A stretch of DNA of 24,000 nt. It comes from Acetivibrio clariflavus DSM 19732. GTDB lineage: Bacteria > Bacillota > Clostridia > Acetivibrionales > Acetivibrionaceae. Each line of letters opens with the position of its first letter. The stretch's first letter is position 1. Under the pieces are notes generated by a model, which worked only from the letters and a program-made list of their open reading frames with translations, ran no database searches and was not told the origin of the DNA. Made by a program: the position numbers and the translations under genes. Shown piece by piece: positions 1 through 7,744 of the stretch. The stretch lies in NCBI RefSeq assembly GCF_000237085.1, contig NC_016627.1:1960118-1984117 (forward strand). The letters run 5' to 3'.

Positions 1-474
1 GACGTGGCGGCACAAAATGGATTAGGCACCAGCGCCCCTGGCCGTATTCTGTTGACCGGATTCTCTAATTTCAGAGTTCACCGTCAGAATCTGTACGATA
101 AATATAATCCACAAGGGAAATATCCCTTAGAGGATGGTTGGGGCGGTGCAAAAGTATTGGAGCGTATTGATGCACCTTATGAGGTCAGGGTATCAAATTC
201 TCACCCGAAAAAATCGAAAGATGGACTTTATTATATCGATTATGAGATAATTCCTTTAGACGAGAATGCAAAGGTTACCCTGTCCCGGGTAGAGTTAATA
301 GTAAACCAAAAAGTAATCAAATACTATACACAAGGTAATCTATTTAAGGGACAATTTATAATTGACACAAAGGAGTTGGACAATATATCTAATGGTAGCT
401 TTTCCTGTGTTATCGGTGCCTGGGATAATATTTTCAACTTTAAACGTTCCATTGAAATAATTATGGATCCGTGA
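1..474 (+). CDS. Hypothetical protein, C-terminal fragment (ORF open to the window edge)
   Basis: The frame-1 ORF is open from position 1 to TGA at 472-474, so the GTG at 4 in the ORF track is probably not the true start. The sequence looks beta-rich (YYIDYEIIPLDENAKVTLSRVELIV). I recognise no family or catalytic motif. Confidence 0.45.
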   Translation, partial: DVAAQNGLGTSAPGRILLTGFSNFRVHRQNLYDKYNPQGKYPLEDGWGGAKVLERIDAPYEVRVSNSHPKKSKDGLYYIDYEIIPLDENAKVTLSRVELIVNQKVIKYYTQGNLFKGQFIIDTKELDNISNGSFSCVIGAWDNIFNFKRSIEIIMDP

Positions 475-550
475 AAGCCGTATGCGGGAAAACCGAACTT
501 CCAGTTCTGTGGGGGATGGGTTGCAAATTGCTTACCCTTCTACCCGGAGG
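475..550 (+). mobile_element. Group II intron 3'-terminal remnant: degenerate domain V-like element plus domain VI-like hairpin with a bulged A
   Basis: 475-507 AAGCCGTATGCGGGAAAACCGAACTTCCAGTTC resembles the domain V consensus AGCCGUAU..GAAA..ACGUACGGUUC, but 3 pairs in the 3' arm are broken. 511-545 forms GGGGGATGGGT/ACCCTTCTACCC with A542 unpaired, 7-8 nt from about 549/550. No RT/maturase ORF lies upstream. Confidence 0.4.
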
Positions 551-616
551 TGGTAATACCTCTACTACTCTATCAAGGGTGAATAAGTAGAAGAAGTGAA
601 TAAGACTAAAGAAAGT

Positions 617-680
617 TTCCAGACATTAATCCATTTTCTCGGAGGTTATCTTTTATACAATTGTGTCTGGAACCTTTTTT
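617..680 (+). terminator. Hairpin plus T-tract, possible terminator of the upstream partial gene
   Basis: TTCCAGACA (617-625) pairs perfectly with TGTCTGGAA (664-672). The loop is long (38 nt) and CCTTTTTT (673-680) follows. Confidence 0.3.
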
Positions 681-856
681 GAAAAAACAAGTTTTTTGGA
701 TTTCCACAGATAATCTTTGCAAAAGAAAGAATTGAGTTTGAAAAGTAACAATACGGTAATATTATTCTAAGTTACCTGAACCGGAATACCACAAAGAACT
801 ATTATGTAAAAACTGTAAGAAAAATAAAAGCTATTCAGATATATAATTACTAATCC

Positions 857-891
857 CACTGTGTTTTTAAGTCGTTACACAGTGTTTTTTT
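857..891 (+). terminator. Orphan intrinsic terminator-like hairpin
   Basis: CACTGTGT (857-864) and ACACAGTG (877-884) form a perfect 8-bp stem with a 12-nt loop, followed by T7 (885-891). No ORF >=60 aa lies upstream within 380 nt. Confidence 0.5.
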
Positions 892-1538
892 ATAATATTA
901 TGATTACACTTGATGACGGTAGTTTTGGATTTTTTTAACAATATGTAATGTTCTCAAGGATTAAAACTTCTGAAAGTATCTTTAAAGACTTGGAAGATAT
1001 TATTGATTTTTATGGAAAAATTAGAAAATTTTACTCATAAAGTATGTTGAATATTGATAACTGATTTTATCATGTTAAACTAATTATATTTTATTGTACA
1101 AAAAATTGGTATTAAGATATGCACTTTTTTTCGATAATTTATATATAACAAAATTTTTGTCTTACAGTTTTTTTATCGTTATTGAGATTTAATGTTGACC
1201 GGCTTTATGATGACAAAACCTATAAACTATCCTGTTTCTGATATATCTTTTAAAAGCTTATGAATCTTCTATTGATAGCCTAACAATTAGCGCTTTTTTG
1301 GGTAATTTGCCAACAAAAAGTTAGTTACATAGTAACGTTAAGACCATGAATTTTACACCGTTGATGGATTATTTACTAGTAACTGTGAATGGTAAAATAT
1401 AATTCACAGTTTTAGTTCAATAACACTTTTCGGTTTTTTAAGTATCTGTAAATAACCATATCAGAGCACTGGAAGTCCATATCTATAAAACAACCATATC
1501 CGATAATCATTGTCGAGATATCCTTTGCATCTGGAATT

Positions 1539-1627
1539 TTGATAAGATTATGCAACCAAACTTAACATAATTTATAAAAATTCGTTATCTGCGGTTGGTG
1601 GATACTTATGCAACCAGGGGTTACAAT
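1539..1627 (+). promoter_or_regulatory. Two promoter-like modules, each carrying the 11-nt direct repeat TTATGCAACCA
   Basis: Module 1 is TTGATA (1539-1544)-N17-TTAACA (1562-1567) with the repeat at 1548-1558. Module 2 is TGGATA (1599-1604)-N17-TACAAT (1622-1627) with the repeat at 1606-1616. Both lie upstream of the RBS GGAGG (1649-1653) and ATG 1661. Confidence 0.3.
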
Positions 1628-1660
1628 ATACATATAAATCGGATTTTTGGAGGATGGTTT

Positions 1661-2380
1661 ATGAGTATTGTAACGGTCCGAAATCTTGTCAAAGAATATC
1701 CGACATTTCGATTGAATAGTGTAAACTTTTCTCTGGATGCAGGAAAGATTACTGGTTTTATCAGCAGAAACGGTGCAGGGAAAACTACGACAATAAAATC
1801 TATGCTGAACCTTGTCCATCCCGACAGCGGCGAGATTATCTTTTTTAATAAGCCTCTGAAAGAACATGAAGCTGAAATCAAGAAGCAAATAGGATATTCC
1901 ACCGGCATTGTAAACTGGTATCCGAGAAAGAAAATCAGAGATATCGTTGAAGTCACAAAGGGCTTTTATGATACATGGGATCAGACAGCATACCACAAGT
2001 TTCTGAAAATGTTCCGGCTGGATGAAAATAAGACCCCACGAGAATTATCGGAAGGTATGAAAGTGAAATGTAACCTGCTGCTGGCACTTTCCCATAAAGC
2101 CGAGATATTGATTTTGGATGAGCCTACCAGTGGTCTGGATCCATTTTCAAGAGATGAACTTTTAGAACTGTTTGGTGAGTTGAAGAAAACCGGTGTTGCA
2201 ATTTTCTTCTCTACGCACATTATTTCCGATATAGAAAAATGCGCTGATGATATTGTATATATATCAGGAGGGAATATCGTTGCCGCAATGTCAAAACCGG
2301 ATTTTGTGAGACAATTTTCAATGCCGGGCGAAAGTCTTGAGCAGACATTTTTAAGACTGGAAAGAGGTGAGCTAAAATGA
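1661..2380 (+). CDS. ABC transporter ATP-binding protein (ABC-2 type subfamily)
   Basis: Walker A is RNGAGKTTT, the signature-like motif is LSEGMKVK, Walker B is ILILDEPTSGLD and the H-loop is FFSTHI. GGAGG lies 7 nt upstream of ATG 1661, and the TTG at 1595 has no RBS. The stop overlaps the next start (ATGA, 2377-2380). Confidence 0.9.
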   Translation: MSIVTVRNLVKEYPTFRLNSVNFSLDAGKITGFISRNGAGKTTTIKSMLNLVHPDSGEIIFFNKPLKEHEAEIKKQIGYSTGIVNWYPRKKIRDIVEVTKGFYDTWDQTAYHKFLKMFRLDENKTPRELSEGMKVKCNLLLALSHKAEILILDEPTSGLDPFSRDELLELFGELKKTGVAIFFSTHIISDIEKCADDIVYISGGNIVAAMSKPDFVRQFSMPGESLEQTFLRLERGELK

Positions 2381-3030
2381 TTAATATATTAAGAAAAGAA
2401 ATGAGGCTAAGTGCATCTATGCTTTCCTATCTGTTTATTGCTTTTGGCTTTATGTTTTTTATTCCCGGCTATCCGATACTCTGTGGTGTATTTTTTGTTA
2501 CGCTTGGAATATTCTATAGTTTTCAAAATGCACGGGAAACCAACGATATTCTTTTTTCAACCTTACTTCCCATTGCCAAAAAAGATGTGGTAAAAGGCAA
2601 ATTCCTGTTCTCGTGTTTTATCGAATTATGTAGCTTCACCCTGATGGTTGCAGTAACCATACTGCGAATGACAATATTTTCAGAATCAACGGTGTACAGA
2701 AACAATGCTTTGATGAATGCAAACCCATTCGCTCTCGGTATGGCTTTTGTGATATTTGGTCTGTTTAATTTTATATTCATCGGGGGCTTTTTTAAGACGG
2801 CGTATAATTTTGGCAAGCCCTTCTTTCAATACATTATATCTGCCTTCCTTACCATCGGAATTGGAGAGACACTTCATCATTTACCCGGACTTGAGAAATT
2901 GAACTCATTTGGTTTTGAGTATATAATACTTCAGCTGGGATTATTCGGTATAGGTGCGCTGTGCTATGTTCTGATGACCTTGCTTTCTTACAGGAATGCC
3001 TGTGAACATTTTGAAAAAATCGATTTATAA
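2377..3030 (+). CDS. ABC-2 type transporter permease / integral membrane protein
   Basis: 217 aa with about six hydrophobic segments. It is translationally coupled (ATGA) to the upstream ATPase gene. Confidence 0.75.
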   Translation: MINILRKEMRLSASMLSYLFIAFGFMFFIPGYPILCGVFFVTLGIFYSFQNARETNDILFSTLLPIAKKDVVKGKFLFSCFIELCSFTLMVAVTILRMTIFSESTVYRNNALMNANPFALGMAFVIFGLFNFIFIGGFFKTAYNFGKPFFQYIISAFLTIGIGETLHHLPGLEKLNSFGFEYIILQLGLFGIGALCYVLMTLLSYRNACEHFEKIDL

Positions 3031-3044
3031 AGGAGTACGATATC

Positions 3045-3485
3045 ATGCTGAAAGATAATTTGGTTATGCTTCGCAATATACATGGCTATTCTCAGGAAGA
3101 AATCGCGGAGAAAATAGGTATTTCCCGTCAGGCTTATACTAAGTGGGAAAGCGGAGCTACCATTCCGGATATTGAAAAATGCAGCTGTCTTGCAAAGGTG
3201 CATGGCGTTACTATTGATAGCTTAGTTAAAACCGAAACGGCGGAGGGGATTGGTATAATTCCTCCTGCCCCGAAGGGAAAAAATATCTGGGGTTCTGTTA
3301 CAATCAACGAGCGAGGGCAGATTGTTATTCCGAAAGCCGCAAGGGAAAAGTTTGCGCTTACAGGTGGGCAGCGTTTGATTGTGCTAAGTGACGAGGAAGG
3401 TATTGCTCTTATACCCGCAGAAATATTTGAGTCCAAACTGAAGGACATAATGAAGTTTGGAGCTATGAAGATCGATGAAGAATAG
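3045..3485 (+). CDS. Transcriptional regulator: N-terminal XRE-family HTH fused to a C-terminal AbrB/SpoVT/MazE-type swapped-hairpin domain
   Basis: The N-terminus LRNIHGYSQEEIAEKIGISRQAYTKWESGATIPDIEKCSCLAKVHGVTIDSL is a typical HTH_3. The C-terminus GSVTINERGQIVIPKAAREKFALTGGQRLIVLSDEEGIALIP is a typical AbrB-like looped hinge. RBS AAAGGAG lies 9 nt upstream. Confidence 0.8.
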   Translation: MLKDNLVMLRNIHGYSQEEIAEKIGISRQAYTKWESGATIPDIEKCSCLAKVHGVTIDSLVKTETAEGIGIIPPAPKGKNIWGSVTINERGQIVIPKAAREKFALTGGQRLIVLSDEEGIALIPAEIFESKLKDIMKFGAMKIDEE

Positions 3486-3535
3486 AACTTGATGTTATCA
3501 ATACAATATATTCTCTTTTTGATAAAATAAATAAT

Positions 3536-3586
3536 AAAGGACGCAGCTTAGGGTAGTGAAAGGTATTACCGAAAGTTACGTCCTTT
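3536..3586 (+). terminator. Long imperfect hairpin downstream of the regulator gene (weak terminator candidate)
   Basis: AAAGGACG (3536-3543) pairs with CGTCCTTT (3579-3586), with inner helices 3545-3549/3573-3577 and 3552-3555/3567-3570. The + strand tail is only TTTAATAT-like, so termination is uncertain. Confidence 0.3.
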
Positions 3587-3773
3587 AATATACAAAATTC
3601 AAAAGAGTTGGTAATTTTAGAAAAGAAAGATTGAGAACATAAAAAATAAAGGATAACTTTTTTCTTTAGAAATTTGTATACATAACACTTCAATGAAAGT
3701 AAAGCGGCTTAATAAAGGTGCTTTTTTTGTGGTTTGAACCTTTCTGATTAAACTATAAGCCTAATTCTGCTAA

Positions 3774-3802
3774 TTGCTATTAAAATTATATAGTGTTAAA
3801 CT
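3774..3802 (+). promoter_or_regulatory. Candidate sigma-A type promoter for the aldo/keto reductase gene
   Basis: TTGCTA (3774-3779)-N17-TAAACT (3797-3802), about 95 nt upstream of ATG 3898. Confidence 0.3.
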
Positions 3803-3897
3803 GATAAATGAAGTAATGCAATATAAATGCCTCAACTACATTATGTAGAGTTTTATTTAAGATGTTAGGCTTCTGTATATCAATAGGAGGAAATACG

Positions 3898-5076
3898 ATG
3901 AAGTATAGAGAAGATAAATATGGGAACAAACTTTCTGTTTTAGGTTATGGATGTATGCGTTTTACAATGAAAGCAGGAAGGATTGATATAAAAAAGGCCA
4001 ATGCCGAGATCATGGCAGCTTATGAAGCAGGCGTAAACTATTTTGACACGGCTTATATTTATCCAGGTAGTGAGGCTGCGTTAGGGACTATATTGGCTGA
4101 CAATGGCATCCGTGATAAAGTCAATATTGCGACAAAGCTTCCTCATTATATGATCCGTAAGAAGGAAGATCTCGATAAATATTTTGAAGAGCAACTGAAA
4201 CGGCTGCGTACAAATTATGTAGACTATTATCTCATGCATATGCTTTCTGATGTGAAGACCTGGGAGAGACTTAAGGGACTGGGCATAGATGAGTGGCTGG
4301 CAAAAAAGAAGGAAAAGGGGGCTATACGTCAGGTAGGCTTCTCGTATCATGGAAATTCGGATGCATTTTGCTCGCTCATCGATGCATATGACTGGGATTT
4401 TTGCATGGTTCAGTATAATTATCTGGATGAGACAACTCAAGCAGGACGCACAGGAGTTCAATATGCTGCATCCAAAGGATTGCCAGTGTTTATTATGGAA
4501 CCGCTCAGGGGCGGTAAACTTGCCAGAAACCTTCCGGATAAGGCAAGACAACTCATTTCATCTTACCCGATTAAGCGCAGCCCGGTAGAGTGGTCCTTTC
4601 GATGGCTATGGAATCAACCTGAAGTAACCTGTGTCCTATCCGGTATGAATTCTCTTGAAATGGTACAGGAAAATGTGGAATATGCGGCTACTGCTGAAGT
4701 AAATTCGTTTACGGAAGATGATTTTAATCTGATTGCAAAGGTAAAAGAAGCCATCAATGAAAAGATGAAAGTACCCTGTACCGGTTGCCGTTATTGTATG
4801 CCTTGTCCTAAGGGAGTTGATATTCCGGGTACGTTGGCAGCATATAACAGGCGGTATACAGATGGTAAAATTGCAGGTTTTATAGATTATTTTATTTGTA
4901 CAGCCCTCCGCAGGGACAGCACAGCTGCTTCTAATTGTATTGATTGTGGTAAATGCGAGCAGTATTGTCCGCAAAATATTTCAATTCGGAAAGAATTAAA
5001 GATTGCTAGGAGAGAATTGGAAGGTTATATTTATGGCATAACGAAGCGAGCAGTAAAGTTGTTTATGAGGTATTGA
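3898..5076 (+). CDS. Aldo/keto reductase family oxidoreductase with C-terminal 4Fe-4S ferredoxin-type domain
   Basis: The N-terminal AKR fold shows LGYGCMRF, FDTAYIYPGSE and VGFSYHG. The C-terminal Cys clusters are CTGCRYCMPCP and CIDCGKCEQYCP. AGGAGG lies 7 nt upstream of ATG 3898, so the 3862 start in the ORF track is unlikely. Confidence 0.88.
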   Translation: MKYREDKYGNKLSVLGYGCMRFTMKAGRIDIKKANAEIMAAYEAGVNYFDTAYIYPGSEAALGTILADNGIRDKVNIATKLPHYMIRKKEDLDKYFEEQLKRLRTNYVDYYLMHMLSDVKTWERLKGLGIDEWLAKKKEKGAIRQVGFSYHGNSDAFCSLIDAYDWDFCMVQYNYLDETTQAGRTGVQYAASKGLPVFIMEPLRGGKLARNLPDKARQLISSYPIKRSPVEWSFRWLWNQPEVTCVLSGMNSLEMVQENVEYAATAEVNSFTEDDFNLIAKVKEAINEKMKVPCTGCRYCMPCPKGVDIPGTLAAYNRRYTDGKIAGFIDYFICTALRRDSTAASNCIDCGKCEQYCPQNISIRKELKIARRELEGYIYGITKRAVKLFMRY

Positions 5077-5202
5077 GCTTATATTATTAACTGATGAAGG
5101 ATGGTTCAAAGTCTAAGATTTGAATAGTCATTAGAGTAAAAAATGAGTTCAGTGATGATGAGGTTGTAATTTCAGTTGAAAAGGAGTTGCCTTTGTTTTC
5201 CG

Positions 5203-5224
5203 TATCGAAAATGATTTTTCGATA
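5203..5224. promoter_or_regulatory. Perfect 9-bp inverted repeat, candidate operator upstream of the acyl-CoA synthetase gene
   Basis: TATCGAAAA (5203-5211)-tgat-TTTTCGATA (5216-5224), about 80 bp upstream of ATG 5306. Confidence 0.35.
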
Positions 5225-5305
5225 TTGAAATTATCTTATGATAAGGTTATCATTAAAAAATAATTTGTTATAAATAATTAACGATTAATAGATGTAAGGA
5301 GTATT

Positions 5306-7054
5306 ATGAGAATGAGTGCCGATATAAAGTATCCACTGTACGAGACCACAGTCTTTGAAAATTTCCGGGTGATGGTCGAAAATGTGGCCAGAAAATATCC
5401 CGACAGAATAGCATATTCCTATAAAAAAGACCCGCGTGATACCAATACTGTTGATGTAACCTTCAGCGAAGTGCGTGATTATGTGAGGAATTTGGGTACA
5501 GAACTGATATCTTTAGGCTGTACTGATAAAAAGGTTGCTATTGTAGGCGAAACTTCATATAACTGGATCTGCAGCTATTTTGCGCTGATGGCTATAGGGG
5601 CGATCGTTGTCCCGCTGGACAAGGATATGCCTGTAAATGAATTAACGGGGCTGCTCGATTTTGCCGAGTGTGAATATATTGTCTACAGCACTTCAGTTGA
5701 AGAAAAGATCATGCAGATTGGTGACAGCGTTCCAACATTAAAGACCTATATATGCATGGGCGAGCCAAAAATGGAGCCAGCCCTCAAGCTTTCGGATCTG
5801 GCTGAAAGGGGAAAGGCAAAATTCGAAAACGGAGATAATTCATACTATGATTATGAAATTGATCCCGACAGGCTTGCGACCATCGTATTCACATCGGGAA
5901 CAACAGGCAAGGGCAAGGGTGTTATGCTTTCCCAAAAAAATATAGCTTCAGACATGACACAGGGTATGTATCTCTTTGCCATAACACCAAAAACCATGTC
6001 AGTGCTTCCACCGCACCATACTTATTGCTCTACAGTGGTTTTTGTCGGACATTTTTCGCAGGGATGCACAACCTTTATTAACAGCGGACTTAAGTATTTC
6101 TTAAACGAAGTAAAGGAGCAGCAGCCCAGTCATTTGGTCCTGGTACCGTTATTCGTAGAAACTATGTATAAAAGGATATGGAACACAGCAGAAAAAAGCG
6201 GTAAGGCTAATATGCTAAAGCGTATGATAAAGGTTAGCAATTTCTTAAGGAAAATAGGCATAGATTTGCGGAGTGTTTTCTTTAAGAGCGTACTGGAGAA
6301 TTTTGGAGGCAAGCTGGAGATGATCATTTCGGGCGGTGCCGCCATCAACCAGGACATAATCGACTTTTTTGATGCCATTGGAATAACTATTCTTAACGGA
6401 TATGGTATAACCGAGTGTTCACCTTTGGTTTCATGTAACAGAAACAAGTATCAGAAAAAAGGCAGTGTCGGTATTCCGATAATAGGTGAGCAGGTCAAGA
6501 TCAAAGATCCTGATGAAAACGGAGAGGGAGAGATTTGTGTTAAGGGCCCCAATGTCATGCTTGGCTATTATAAGAATCCTGAAGCTACAGCTGCTGCATT
6601 TGATGAAGAAGGCTATTTCATGACAGGAGATTATGGAAGGCTAGACGATGAGGGGTGGCTATATATTACCGGCAGACTGAAGAATATCATTATTCTGAGC
6701 AATGGCAAGAATGTATATCCTGAGGAGATCGAACAAGAGGTACAAAGGATACCCGGCGTTTCGGAGGTTGTTGTTTATGCAGGGGAAACAAAGAATCAGA
6801 GCAATAAGGAAGTTATTGTTGCCGAGATATTCCCGGATTACGAATTACTCAAATTAAAAGGTATTGAGGGTGCGCAGGCTATTAAAGAATACTTCAATAA
6901 GGAGATAAAGAATGTAAACAGCAGAATGGCACCTCACAAGACCATCAGAAAGGTGAAGATCCGCGAGGAGGAATTTATTAAAAATACTTCAAAGAAAATA
7001 CTCCGTCATGCTATTGATAAGAGCATCGACAATGATGATTCCACAGAGGATTAA
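5306..7054 (+). CDS. AMP-dependent acyl-CoA synthetase (long-chain-fatty-acid--CoA ligase-like)
   Basis: AMP-binding motifs present: TSGTTGKGKGV, GYGITE and TGDYGRLDDEGWLYITGRLKNIIILSNGKNVYPEEIE. AAGGAG lies just upstream. An alternative start is ATG 5312. Confidence 0.88.
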   Translation: MRMSADIKYPLYETTVFENFRVMVENVARKYPDRIAYSYKKDPRDTNTVDVTFSEVRDYVRNLGTELISLGCTDKKVAIVGETSYNWICSYFALMAIGAIVVPLDKDMPVNELTGLLDFAECEYIVYSTSVEEKIMQIGDSVPTLKTYICMGEPKMEPALKLSDLAERGKAKFENGDNSYYDYEIDPDRLATIVFTSGTTGKGKGVMLSQKNIASDMTQGMYLFAITPKTMSVLPPHHTYCSTVVFVGHFSQGCTTFINSGLKYFLNEVKEQQPSHLVLVPLFVETMYKRIWNTAEKSGKANMLKRMIKVSNFLRKIGIDLRSVFFKSVLENFGGKLEMIISGGAAINQDIIDFFDAIGITILNGYGITECSPLVSCNRNKYQKKGSVGIPIIGEQVKIKDPDENGEGEICVKGPNVMLGYYKNPEATAAAFDEEGYFMTGDYGRLDDEGWLYITGRLKNIIILSNGKNVYPEEIEQEVQRIPGVSEVVVYAGETKNQSNKEVIVAEIFPDYELLKLKGIEGAQAIKEYFNKEIKNVNSRMAPHKTIRKVKIREEEFIKNTSKKILRHAIDKSIDNDDSTED

Positions 7055-7201
7055 GAAAGTGGATATATTTTAATGCAAGAACAATATAATCAGGATATTG
7101 TAGTAAAAACTTAGTACAAAAGAGTATTGAGTTGGTAATAAGTTCGTCCCTTTTAAGATTGTAAAAGATATTAAAGACGAAGTGGATTATATAAAGTGAA
7201 A

Positions 7202-7223
7202 GCCAGCGTCTTTAGGCGCTGGC
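7202..7223. terminator. GC-rich hairpin between convergent genes (candidate bidirectional terminator)
   Basis: GCCAGCG (7202-7208) pairs with CGCTGGC (7217-7223). On the - strand it is followed by TTTCACTTTATA. It lies 50 nt past the cdd stop and 150 nt past the acyl-CoA synthetase stop. Confidence 0.5.
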
Positions 7224-7272
7224 CGGTAACAAGCCTTATAGGTCTGAGTAATTGTTAATATCATTTCTTGTT

Positions 7273-7689
7273 TTATTTTTCCAAATCTTTTGGCCCAAAA
7301 CCCATGGGAAGAATTTGTTCCAGTGTAAAAATTTCATAATTTTCCGGATCTTTTGCAAGTATCACTTGGAAGGTTTTTGGGTCACAAAATTCCATCATGA
7401 CCTGACGGCACACACCGCACGGGGCACACAAATCCAGAGTGTCTGTTCCTTTTGGACCTCCGACAATGGCGATGGAGGAAAACTCTCTGACACCTTCGCT
7501 AACGGCTTTAAAGAAAGCAGTACGTTCAGCGCAGTTACCGGGGGTGTAGGCGGCATTTTCTATGTTGCAGCCGGTATACAGTTTCCCGTCTTTGGACAGT
7601 AGCGCTGCCCCAACTGCAAAATTAGAATAGGGTGAGTAGGATTGATTACGTGCTTGTAAAGCATGAGAAATTAACTCCGATGGTGTCAT
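7273..7689 (-). CDS. cdd: Cytidine deaminase
   Basis: 138 aa with the zinc-ligand motifs CAERTAFFKAVSEG and CAPCGVCRQV. Similarity to homotetrameric Cdd such as the B. subtilis enzyme runs end to end. RBS GGAAAGGAG lies upstream. Confidence 0.93.
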   Translation of the reverse strand: MTPSELISHALQARNQSYSPYSNFAVGAALLSKDGKLYTGCNIENAAYTPGNCAERTAFFKAVSEGVREFSSIAIVGGPKGTDTLDLCAPCGVCRQVMMEFCDPKTFQVILAKDPENYEIFTLEQILPMGFGPKDLEK

Positions 7690-7699
7690 AAATATGCTC

Positions 7700-7737
7700 C
7701 TTTCCTATAAGTAAAGGGTAAAAGGTTACTTTTGCCC
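7700..7737 (-). terminator. Hairpin plus U-rich tail between the last permease gene and cdd (weak internal terminator or attenuator candidate)
   Basis: The arms are 7716-7724 and 7729-7737 (GGGTAAAAG/CTTTTGCCC on the + strand). On the - strand the stem carries one C-A mismatch and is followed by TTTACTTATAGG. Confidence 0.3.
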
Positions 7738-7744
7738 GTCTCAT

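Noticed and set aside
948-1040. 30-codon ORF (MFSRIKTSESIFKDLEDIIDFYGKIRKFYS) as a real small gene
   Set aside because: There is no Shine-Dalgarno sequence upstream. I keep it only as a possible gene fragment within the ORF-free spacer finding.
1595-1660. TTG 1595 start for the ABC-2 ATPase, and similar upstream starts at 3862 (AKR), 19641 (iorA) and 19233 (rlmI)
   Set aside because: Each lacks an RBS, while an in-frame ATG just downstream has a GGAGG-type RBS at 7-9 nt. The extra residues are not part of the conserved families.
3463-3693. 76-aa ORF on the - strand in the spacer after the regulator gene
   Set aside because: Its composition is AT-driven, it overlaps the regulator gene 3' end and the hairpin region, and it has no RBS or recognisable family.
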